Assembly (NCBI GenBank): GCA_964606385.1
Contig: CAZSFZ010000009.1
Location: forward strand, 5,762-69,761
Origin: an uncultured bacterium
Lineage (GTDB): Bacteria; Omnitrophota; Omnitrophia; Omnitrophales; Aquincolibacteriaceae
Length of the DNA stretch: 64,000 nt
Reading direction: 5' to 3'
A program made the position numbers and the translations under genes. Shown here one piece after another: positions 7,848-15,588 of the stretch (within the stretch, counting starts at the first letter, position 1; every line of letters begins with the position of its first letter). The notes under the pieces are model-generated. The model was given only the letters and a program-made list of their open reading frames with translations. It was not told the DNA's origin and made no database searches.

Positions 7848-10800
7848 ATGTCCCAACATCATCATTCCGATATCATCAGCGGGATCGTCAGTTATTTCGC
7901 CAAATCCAAGATCACGCCGCTCATTATCGCGGTGTCGATCGTGCTCGGCGTTTTCGCGGTCATGAACCTGCCGCGGGAGGAAGAACCGCAGATCTCGGTG
8001 CCGATGTTCGATATTTTCGTGTCCTATCCCGGCGCGGATTCCAAAGAAGTCGAGCAACGGATCGTCACACTTGGAGAGAGAAAGCTCTGGGAGATCCCCG
8101 GCGTGGAATACGTGTACTCCACGATCGAGCCGGAAGGCGCGCTTATCATCGTGCGGTTCAAGGTCGGCGAAGACCCCGAAAAGAGCCTGATCAAGCTCTA
8201 TACCAAAGTTTATTCCAATCTCGATTTCCTGCCTCAGGGCGCGACCCAGCCTTTCATTAAAGTCCGTTCGATCGACGATGTGCCGATCCTGACGCTGACC
8301 TTCCATTCCAAGGACAAGGATCCGGTGACGCTGCGGCGCACGGTCGCCAATATCCAGAACGTCGTGAATGCCATTCCGGATGTGTCCGAGACCCACATCA
8401 CGGGCGGGCGCAAACGCCAGTTCCAGGTCTTTTTCGACGAAGAAAAGCTCAGGGCCCGTCTTTTGAACCCTCTCGAGATCGCGCAGATCATCCGTTCGGC
8501 GAACGTGAAACAGGCCGCCGGTCATCTGGAAAGATCGCCGGAACTTGAATCGGTGGAAGCGAATTCGTTTTTCCGAACGAAGTCCGACCTTGAAAACCTC
8601 GTGGTCGGCGTCAGCGCCGGAAGCGTTGTGACCCTGAAAGACATCGCGAAGGTCGTTGACGGGCCGGACGAGGAAGAGCGGGCGGCCGGGATCTTCTTCG
8701 GACCTGCGTCGAAGGCCGCGGACAAAGGACCTTTTCAGGCGGTAACACTCTCGATCTCAAAACGCAAGGGCGCCAATGCCGCGCATCTTTCGGAAGTGAT
8801 CCTGCATGCCATCAAGGAATTGCCGGAATCAACGCTTCCAAAGGATATCGAAATGACCGTGACGCGGGACTACGGCGAGACCGCCAAAGAAAAATCCGAC
8901 GAACTGCTTTTTCATATGGCGATTGCGGTCTTCGGCGTGAGCCTTTTGATCGCCTGGTCGCTCGGGCTCCGGGAATCGGGGGTCGTGGCGATTGCGATCC
9001 CGATGACGCTCGCCTTGACGCTCGCCACCTTTTATTTTCTCGGGTTCACGCTGAACCGCATCACGCTTTTCGCGCTGATCTTTTCGATCGGTATCCTGGT
9101 CGATGACCCGATCGTGGATGTCGAGAATATCGTGCGCCACCTCCGGCTTCCCAATAACAAAGGGAAATCCATCCTGGATATTACGATCGAGGCCGTGAAT
9201 GAGGTCCGCAGCCCCTTGATCCTCGCGACGCTTACGGTGATCGCGGCGATCCTGCCGATGGCTTTTGTGAGCGGGCTCATGGGGCCTTACATGCGGCCGA
9301 TCCCGATCGGGGCGAGCGCGGCGATGATGTTCTCGATGTTCGTGGCTTTTGTCGCGACCCCCTGGGCCGCGTATCAGATCCTGGGGAAAGCCTTCGCGCA
9401 AGGGAAACTCAAGGCACACCATGAAGGGGAAAAGGAAGATTTTCTTACGCGTCTTTACCGCTCGTACATGAACCCGCTGATCTTTAATCCCAAGGTCCGT
9501 AAATTTTTTCTGATCGGACTGGGCGGCGCCTTGATCCTCGCGATGGCCCTCGTGCCGCTCAAATTGGTCCGGATGAAGATGCTGCCCTTTGATAACAAGA
9601 ACGAGTTCCAGGTTATCCTCAATATGCCGGACGGCGCTTCGCTTGAAGCGACGCAAAAAGCGATCACCGAGATCGCGGATTATCTCGTGACGGTCCCCGA
9701 GGTGAAGGATATCGAGATGTATGTGGGGTCTGCCGCGCCTTACAACTTTAACGGGCTGGTTCGGCATTATTTCCTCCGTTCGAAGCCGCATCAGGCCGAC
9801 CTTCAGGTGAATCTTGCCGGGAAACATGACCGCAAACGGCAAAGCCACGACATTGCTAAAGCGGTGCGTCCGAAGATCCATGAGATCGTGGAAAAATACA
9901 AAGGTCATGTCCAGGTGGCGGAGGTCCCGCCAGGTCCGCCGGTCCTTTCAACCCTCGTGCTTGAGATCTACGGCCCCACGCTCGCCGGACAGCAAGAGCT
10001 TGCCAAGCAGATCGAAGGCCTGCTGGCCTCGGCGGAAGGCGTGACCGATATCGATACCTATGTCCGGGAGCCCGAGAAACTCGCGCGGCTGAGGGTCAAT
10101 ACGGAAAAGGCGTCGCTGAACGGCATTCCCGTGGATCAGATCGCCACGGCCATCACGGCCGCCGTAGGCGGGAAGACCGTGGACCTCGCGCACTTGTCGG
10201 AGGAATACGAACCCGTGGAGATCCTCCTGAGGCTGCCGAAAGAAAAACGCGCCGGGCTTGATAGTGTGCTCAATATGACGCTTCTGTCGCGTTACGGTAA
10301 TCCGATCCCGGTCCGCGAACTGGTCCATGTCGAGAAGGACCGGAAGGACCTTGCGATCTATCACAAGAACCTGATGCGCGTTTCCTATGTGATCGCGGAC
10401 GTGGCGGGGAAATACGAAAGCCCGGCGTACGCGATCCTGAAACTGAAAAAAGAGATCGCGCAGATCCCGGCGCCGGAAAATCATGAAGGACAAAGAACGG
10501 TCGACCAGATCTTTAACGGCCAGCCCAAAACGGCGGACCGCTGGACCTTGAAATGGGACGGGGAATGGCAGATCACGTACGAAGTGTTCCGGGACCTCGG
10601 GATCGCGTTCGCGTTCGTCCTGCTCCTGATCTACGCGCTCGTGGTCGGCTGGTTCCAGTCGTTCAAGACGCCCTGGATCATCATGCTGCCGATCCCGCTC
10701 ACGTTGATCGGGATCCTGCCGGCCCATTGGCTCGGCGGTGTTTTCTTCACGGCGACTTCCATGATCGGCATGATCGCCGGCGCGGGGATCGTGGTGCGGA

Positions 10801-11087
10801 ATTCGATCATCCTGGTGGATTTTATCGAACTGCGTCGCGCCGAGGGCATGCCCCTCGAGGAAGCCGTGATCGACGCGGGCGCGAAGCGTTTCAGGCCGAT
10901 GCTTCTGACGGCCGCGGCGGTCGTGGTCGGGGCTTCGGTGATCCTCTTCGATCCGATCTTTCAGGGATTGGCCGTGGCGCTGATGGCGGGCGAGATCGCT
11001 TCGACGATCCTGTCGCGCACGGCAGTGCCGGTTTTCTATTACATGATGGCTAAAAAAGAAAAAATCTCGGGGAACGTGGAACGTTGA
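7848..11087 (+). CDS. RND-superfamily efflux permease (AcrB/CzcA-type)
   Basis: 1079 aa with 12-TM/2-loop architecture. 'GILVDDPIVDVENIVRH' motif. The C-terminal 6 aa (SGNVER) are encoded by a GGAACG heptamer repeat. Confidence 0.85.
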   Translation: MSQHHHSDIISGIVSYFAKSKITPLIIAVSIVLGVFAVMNLPREEEPQISVPMFDIFVSYPGADSKEVEQRIVTLGERKLWEIPGVEYVYSTIEPEGALIIVRFKVGEDPEKSLIKLYTKVYSNLDFLPQGATQPFIKVRSIDDVPILTLTFHSKDKDPVTLRRTVANIQNVVNAIPDVSETHITGGRKRQFQVFFDEEKLRARLLNPLEIAQIIRSANVKQAAGHLERSPELESVEANSFFRTKSDLENLVVGVSAGSVVTLKDIAKVVDGPDEEERAAGIFFGPASKAADKGPFQAVTLSISKRKGANAAHLSEVILHAIKELPESTLPKDIEMTVTRDYGETAKEKSDELLFHMAIAVFGVSLLIAWSLGLRESGVVAIAIPMTLALTLATFYFLGFTLNRITLFALIFSIGILVDDPIVDVENIVRHLRLPNNKGKSILDITIEAVNEVRSPLILATLTVIAAILPMAFVSGLMGPYMRPIPIGASAAMMFSMFVAFVATPWAAYQILGKAFAQGKLKAHHEGEKEDFLTRLYRSYMNPLIFNPKVRKFFLIGLGGALILAMALVPLKLVRMKMLPFDNKNEFQVILNMPDGASLEATQKAITEIADYLVTVPEVKDIEMYVGSAAPYNFNGLVRHYFLRSKPHQADLQVNLAGKHDRKRQSHDIAKAVRPKIHEIVEKYKGHVQVAEVPPGPPVLSTLVLEIYGPTLAGQQELAKQIEGLLASAEGVTDIDTYVREPEKLARLRVNTEKASLNGIPVDQIATAITAAVGGKTVDLAHLSEEYEPVEILLRLPKEKRAGLDSVLNMTLLSRYGNPIPVRELVHVEKDRKDLAIYHKNLMRVSYVIADVAGKYESPAYAILKLKKEIAQIPAPENHEGQRTVDQIFNGQPKTADRWTLKWDGEWQITYEVFRDLGIAFAFVLLLIYALVVGWFQSFKTPWIIMLPIPLTLIGILPAHWLGGVFFTATSMIGMIAGAGIVVRNSIILVDFIELRRAEGMPLEEAVIDAGAKRFRPMLLTAAAVVVGASVILFDPIFQGLAVALMAGEIASTILSRTAVPVFYYMMAKKEKISGNVER

Positions 11088-11131
11088 ACGAAAAAGCATT
11101 TACGTTCACCGTTTCCCGTTAGCCGTTCTCC
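11069..11131. repeat. GGAACGN/NCGTTCC heptamer-array palindromic element (copy A)
   Basis: ggggaacgtggaacgttgaacg ... cgttcaccgtttcccgttagccgttctcc. Overlaps the RND stop codon. Confidence 0.6.
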
Positions 11132-11153
11132 GAGTTCTCAAAGGAGAGCTTCT

Positions 11154-11363
11154 ATGACCATAGAAAAATCGATCCCTATCATGGCCGGGTCTTTTATCCT
11201 GATCAGCCTTGCGTTGGCGGTCTGGGTGAACAAGTGGTGGCTTCTCTGGACGGCCTTTGTCGGCGTGAACCTGGTCCAGTCCGCGATCACGGGGTGGTGC
11301 CCCGCGGAAGGCCTTCTTAAAAAACTCGGCATGAAAAACTGTTGCCCCAGCCCTGAGAAATAA
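11154..11363 (+). CDS. DUF2892 (YgaP-like) small membrane protein
   Basis: 69 aa, 2 TM, conserved 'GWCPAEGLLKKLG' (GxCP motif). Confidence 0.6.
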   Translation: MTIEKSIPIMAGSFILISLALAVWVNKWWLLWTAFVGVNLVQSAITGWCPAEGLLKKLGMKNCCPSPEK

Positions 11364-11393
11364 TCGCATCACGCCATTTCCTAGGAGGTGTTT

Positions 11394-12041
11394 ATGAAAA
11401 TGATCCGTTCCTTTGCGTGTTTGGTGGTTTCTTTCATGATCATGGCCGCGTGCGTGATGGCTCCTGCGGTTTTGGCGGCGACGAGTACGGAAGGAAAGAA
11501 AAGCCTTCTCGCGCTCGGCAGCGAAGCGCCTGATTTCGCACTGCCGGATGTGGTGACCGGGGAGCTTGTGAGCCGGGACGATTTCAAGGACGCGGACGCG
11601 CTCCTCGTCGTGATCCTTTGCCGGCATTGCCCGTACGTGAAACACATCCGTCCCGATCTTGTGAAGTTCGGCAAGGATTACGCGGGCAAGAGCCTCGCGA
11701 TCGTCGGGATCAGCGCGAACGATCCGGTCGCTTACCCGGAGGACGGCCCGGAAAGCCTCAAGGAAATGGCCGTAAGCGAAGGTTTCACATTTCCCATCCT
11801 TTTTGACGGGACCCAGGAGGTCGCGAAGGCCTACACGGCGGTCGCTACGCCGGATTTTCTTCTCTTTGACAAGGACCGAAAACTTGTTTACCGGGGCCAG
11901 TATGATGACGCCCGGCCGGGGAGCAAGACACCCGTCACCGGCAAGGACCTTCGCGCTGCGGTGGACGCGGTGCTTGCGGGGGAGCCCGTCCCTGCAGACC
12001 AGCAACACGCGATCGGCTGTTCCGTTAAATGGAAAAAATAG
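11394..12041 (+). CDS. Periplasmic thioredoxin-like thiol:disulfide oxidoreductase (TlpA/redoxin family)
   Basis: Signal peptide. 'CRHCPYVKH' has a CxxC-like spacing. AGGAGG RBS lies 6 nt before the ATG at 11394. Confidence 0.65.
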   Translation: MKMIRSFACLVVSFMIMAACVMAPAVLAATSTEGKKSLLALGSEAPDFALPDVVTGELVSRDDFKDADALLVVILCRHCPYVKHIRPDLVKFGKDYAGKSLAIVGISANDPVAYPEDGPESLKEMAVSEGFTFPILFDGTQEVAKAYTAVATPDFLLFDKDRKLVYRGQYDDARPGSKTPVTGKDLRAAVDAVLAGEPVPADQQHAIGCSVKWKK

Positions 12042-12895
12042 AAAAACTGGGCCGAGAACACAAGGCGCACCTTCACGCGCGCCTCAAGCGCGTCGGTTCC
12101 GCGCTTTCCGAATACAGTTTTGCCAACCTTTATCTTTTCCGCGATACCCATGATTATCATGTGGTCAACGTTCCGGAGGGGGTCTTTATCCGGGGCAAGG
12201 CCTATGACGGCAGCTCTTTTCTCATGCCAACGGAAGAGATCAAAAAAGAAAACGCCCCTTCGATTCTTAAGCTCCTGAAGAACTCAGAATATCTTTTTCC
12301 GGTCCCGGAAGCCTGGCTTCCCGCGTTCGAGGGGCAGAATGTTTCGGCGGAGTTCTCGGAAGACGATTCGGATTACGTTTACACAGCCGAAAAACTTTCG
12401 ACTTACAAAGGACAAAAACTTCATGGGCAGAAAAATCTCCTGAACCAGTTCCTCGCGCGCTACGTGCCCGAGGCCAAGCCGCTGACGCGGGATCGGATGG
12501 ACGACGCGCGGGAGGTCCTTGAGACGTGGCAGACGGATGTGGGGGAGGAAAAGGCGGCGACGGATTATTTTCCGTGCCGGGAAGCCTTGGATCTCTATGA
12601 TGAACTCATCCTTTGCGGCGGCATTTATTACGTCGAAGGGGAGCCGGGCGGGTTCGTGATCGGCGAGGAGGTCCGCCCCGACATGTTCGCGCTTCATTTC
12701 GCGAAGGGCAAACGGAAATTCAAAGGGCTTTACCAGTACATGTATAATCACTTCGCGAAGATCCTCCCGAAACAGTACGCCTTTCTCAATTTCGAGCAGG
12801 ATCTGGGCAAGCTCGCCCTCCGGATCGCGAAATCCTCCTACGACCCCGACCGGAGCCTCAAAAAATACCGCGTCCGTCCTGGCATCCTTGTCTAA
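12029..12895 (+). CDS. DUF2156-like protein (MprF C-terminal GNAT-like fold), candidate
   Basis: 288 aa cytoplasmic protein. The pattern is reminiscent of the standalone DUF2156 family, but the assignment is from memory only. Confidence 0.35.
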   Translation: MEKIEKLGREHKAHLHARLKRVGSALSEYSFANLYLFRDTHDYHVVNVPEGVFIRGKAYDGSSFLMPTEEIKKENAPSILKLLKNSEYLFPVPEAWLPAFEGQNVSAEFSEDDSDYVYTAEKLSTYKGQKLHGQKNLLNQFLARYVPEAKPLTRDRMDDAREVLETWQTDVGEEKAATDYFPCREALDLYDELILCGGIYYVEGEPGGFVIGEEVRPDMFALHFAKGKRKFKGLYQYMYNHFAKILPKQYAFLNFEQDLGKLALRIAKSSYDPDRSLKKYRVRPGILV

Positions 12896-13017
12896 GATCT
12901 CTGGGCGGTAGACAAGGACGGCCCCAATTTCAGGAAATCTGAAATTAATAGGTATTGGGACCGTTTGACACCCTCTTCACATTCGGGCAGAATGTCCCCT
13001 CAACCCAGAGGGATTTC

Positions 13018-13302
13018 ATGGAATTCAATATTGATAAGGTCGCGGAACTTGCGCGGCTGAACCTCAAGACAGAAGAAAAATCCAAACTCGGGAAAGACCT
13101 CGGAGCGATCCTCGATTACGTCAAGAAGCTCGAGAAACTGGAAACCCGGAATATCGAGCCGACGAGCCATGTCCTGGACCTCGAGAACGTCTACCGGAAA
13201 GACGAGGTCAAACCCTCGGATGCAGCCGACAAGGCCCTGGCGCACGCCCCGCACGCCGACGGCCGTTTCTTCAAAGTTCCCAAGATCGTGCAGAGGGACT
13301 GA
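13018..13302 (+). CDS. gatC: Glu-tRNA(Gln)/Asp-tRNA(Asn) amidotransferase subunit C
   Basis: 'MEFNIDKVAELARLNL...EEK' matches the GatC N-terminus. The ORF-track 5' extension is rejected. Confidence 0.8.
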   Translation: MEFNIDKVAELARLNLKTEEKSKLGKDLGAILDYVKKLEKLETRNIEPTSHVLDLENVYRKDEVKPSDAADKALAHAPHADGRFFKVPKIVQRD

Positions 13303-13303
13303 T

Positions 13304-14752
13304 ATGGCCGATCTTTGCTCCCTGACTCTCAAAGAAGCGATTGACGTCGCGAAAAAAGACGGTGCGCAGCCGATCCTGGATGCTTTCGCGAAGCGCGCCG
13401 AGGCGCTTAATCCGACGATAAACGCGTTCCTTCGTTTTGAGCAACCCATCCGACCCCGGGGGTCGGATAAATCCGACCCCGGGGGTCGGATGGGGGAGGG
13501 GGCGCTTCACGGGGTGCCCATTTCGATCAAGGATAATATCTGCATGGAAGGCAAGGAAGTGACATGCGCGTCGAAGATCCTGGCCAAGCACGTGCCGCCG
13601 TATAACGCGACGGTCATCACCAAATTGAAAGATGCGGGCGCGACGCTTTTCGGCCAGTGCAACATGGACGAATTCGCGTTCGGTTCCTCGTGCGAAACCT
13701 CGGCCTTCGGGCCGTGTAAAAATCCCTGGGACCTGACGCGCGTGCCCGGCGGCTCTTCCGGCGGCTCCGCGGCCTCGGTTGCGGCGGACATGACACTTGC
13801 CGCGCTCGGGAGCGATACCGGCGGCTCCATCCGTCAGCCCGCCGCGCTTTGCGGCGTGGTCGGCGTGAAACCCACTTACGGACGCGTGTCGCGCTACGGC
13901 CTTATCGCGTTCGGTTCGAGTTTTGACCAGATCGGCCCCATCACAAAGACCGTAGAAGACGCGGCGATCCTGATGAATGTGCTGAGCGGCCATGACCCGA
14001 AAGATTCTACCTCCGCGCCGCAGAATGTCCCTGATTTCACGCAAGCGCTCAAGCGGGACGTCAAAGGCCTGAAGATCGGTCTGCCGAAGGAATATTTTAT
14101 CGAAGGCATCGACCCCGAGATCGAAAAAAGCGTGCGCGCGGCAGCGGACCTTTATAGGAAACTCGGCGCGGAGATCAAGACGATCTCTCTGCCTCATACC
14201 GAATACTCCGTCGCGGTCTACTATATTGTCGCCGTCGCGGAGGCAAGCTCGAACCTCGGCCGGTTCGACGGCGTAGAGTACGGCCTGCGTGTACCCACCA
14301 AAGATCTTCGCGAGATGTATTTTGAGACACGCGACCAGGGGTTCGGACAGGAGGCCAAGCGCCGCATCCTGCTCGGCACTTTTGTGCTTTCCGCGGGTTA
14401 TTATGAAGCTTACTACTTAAAGGGGCAGAAGGTCCGCACGCTCATCCGCCAGGATTTCGAGAAGGTGTTTAAAGAAGTGGATGTGATCCTTTCGCCGACC
14501 TCGCCTACACCAGCCTTCAAGATCGGCGAAAAGGCCGCGGACCCGATCGCCATGTACTTATCTGATATTTTTACAATCCCGGCGAACCTTGCAGGGATCC
14601 CCGCGATGTCCGTGCCGTGCGGTTTTACCTCAGGCGGTCTGCCCATCGGCATGCAGCTCATGGCCCGCCCGTTCGACGAGGCGACCATGCTCCGTGCTGC
14701 TTATGCGTTTGAACAAGAGGCTGGAATCCACAAAAAGAAACCGGTTCTTTAG
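13304..14752 (+). CDS. gatA: Glu-tRNA(Gln) amidotransferase subunit A
   Basis: Amidase signature 'GGSSGGSAASVAA', 'HGVPISIKDNI'. ATG at 13304 is 1 nt after the gatC stop. Confidence 0.9.
   Translation: MADLCSLTLKEAIDVAKKDGAQPILDAFAKRAEALNPTINAFLRFEQPIRPRGSDKSDPGGRMGEGALHGVPISIKDNICMEGKEVTCASKILAKHVPPYNATVITKLKDAGATLFGQCNMDEFAFGSSCETSAFGPCKNPWDLTRVPGGSSGGSAASVAADMTLAALGSDTGGSIRQPAALCGVVGVKPTYGRVSRYGLIAFGSSFDQIGPITKTVEDAAILMNVLSGHDPKDSTSAPQNVPDFTQALKRDVKGLKIGLPKEYFIEGIDPEIEKSVRAAADLYRKLGAEIKTISLPHTEYSVAVYYIVAVAEASSNLGRFDGVEYGLRVPTKDLREMYFETRDQGFGQEAKRRILLGTFVLSAGYYEAYYLKGQKVRTLIRQDFEKVFKEVDVILSPTSPTPAFKIGEKAADPIAMYLSDIFTIPANLAGIPAMSVPCGFTSGGLPIGMQLMARPFDEATMLRAAYAFEQEAGIHKKKPVL
13448..13491. 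repeat. Tandem copy of a 21-nt perfect palindrome inside the gatA coding region
   Basis: atccgaccccgggggtcggat-aa-atccgaccccgggggtcggat. It is read in-frame as 'IRPRGSDKSDPGGRM'. Confidence 0.6.
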
Positions 14753-14761
14753 GAGGTTGTT

Positions 14762-14992
14762 ATGGCGAAGACGAAGATGCCGTTCGTGATGGACATGCAG
14801 CCAGGGGAATATTACTGGTGTTCCTGCGGGGAATCCGCGAAGCAGCCGTTCTGCGACGGGTCGCATAAGACGAAGGCGCCCGGCATGCAGCCCATGAAGA
14901 CAGTGATCGATGCGTCGAAAAAGATCGCGTGGTGCGGCTGCAAAGCTTCGGGGAAGAAACCCTTTTGCGACGGGACGCATACAAAACTTTAA
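14762..14992 (+). CDS. CDGSH iron-sulfur domain protein (two CDGSH motifs)
   Basis: 'CSCGESAKQPFCDGSH' and 'CGCKASGKKPFCDGTH'. Confidence 0.8.
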   Translation: MAKTKMPFVMDMQPGEYYWCSCGESAKQPFCDGSHKTKAPGMQPMKTVIDASKKIAWCGCKASGKKPFCDGTHTKL

Positions 14993-15034
14993 ATGGTGAC
15001 GGTTATCTGTTTTTTATAGTACAGCAATAGGAGC

Positions 15035-15544
15035 ATGCGAGTGAGCCGATTTACGTCGAAAAGCATAAGGGCTCTTTTTGAAGCAAATAAAAAACAAGCT
15101 CAAAGGAAACTGAGGAGCCTTAAAGTTTGCTGCACCGACGAGCCCGATTTCGCGGGGCTCAATGGGTGGGTATTCGAACAGACGATTCAGTATTGTATTC
15201 GACAAGAACTCTTGTCCCAAGGGGTTCGTCCCAGGATTGAAGAGCAGTTTAACTTGGGCGGTCGAGCAAGAGCAGATTTGAAGATTGGTGGAAACATCGC
15301 TATCGAGATCAAAGTGGCTGGTCTTTTCAGCGAAGACGATATCTTAAAATATAAAAAATACCGTCAAATGGCAGAGCAACAAGGCTTTCGCTATCTGTTT
15401 TTGTCATGGGAGGAAAGTCATCTTCCCTTCCGGAAGGGGATTGCACGAGTTTTGGATGCAGCCAATGTCTTTTATCTTGATCGTTCACAAGACTGGAAAA
15501 GATTCATCAATGGATTGGTTGAGTTTCTCAAGAAAACCGCGTAG
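15035..15544 (+). CDS. Hypothetical protein with a PD-(D/E)xK-like nuclease motif; low-GC (~45%) insertion between gatA and gatB
   Basis: 'RADLKIGGNIAIEIKV' fits the D...(E/Q)xK core. GC is well below the neighbours. No homologous context in the conserved gatCAB operon. Confidence 0.4.
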   Translation: MRVSRFTSKSIRALFEANKKQAQRKLRSLKVCCTDEPDFAGLNGWVFEQTIQYCIRQELLSQGVRPRIEEQFNLGGRARADLKIGGNIAIEIKVAGLFSEDDILKYKKYRQMAEQQGFRYLFLSWEESHLPFRKGIARVLDAANVFYLDRSQDWKRFINGLVEFLKKTA

Positions 15545-15588
15545 AAATCGGATGATACCGTTCGGAGAAGGAATGAGAAAGAATAATT

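Noticed and set aside
6364-11087. A hidden membrane-fusion protein fused to the OMF or RND gene
   Set aside because: OMF (475 aa) and RND (1079 aa) are of normal length with no extra lipoyl or beta-barrel MFP domains. The MFP is genuinely absent from this locus.
13169-13303. 5' extensions given by the ORF track for gatA (13169), carA (43755), thrC (62727), amtB (40417), peroxiredoxin (3543), porin (42093), msbA (57636), gatC (12955) and the C_GCAxxG gene (1624)
   Set aside because: Internal ATG/GTG starts have proper RBS spacing, signal peptides or conserved N-termini. The extensions overlap upstream genes or known regulatory DNA.
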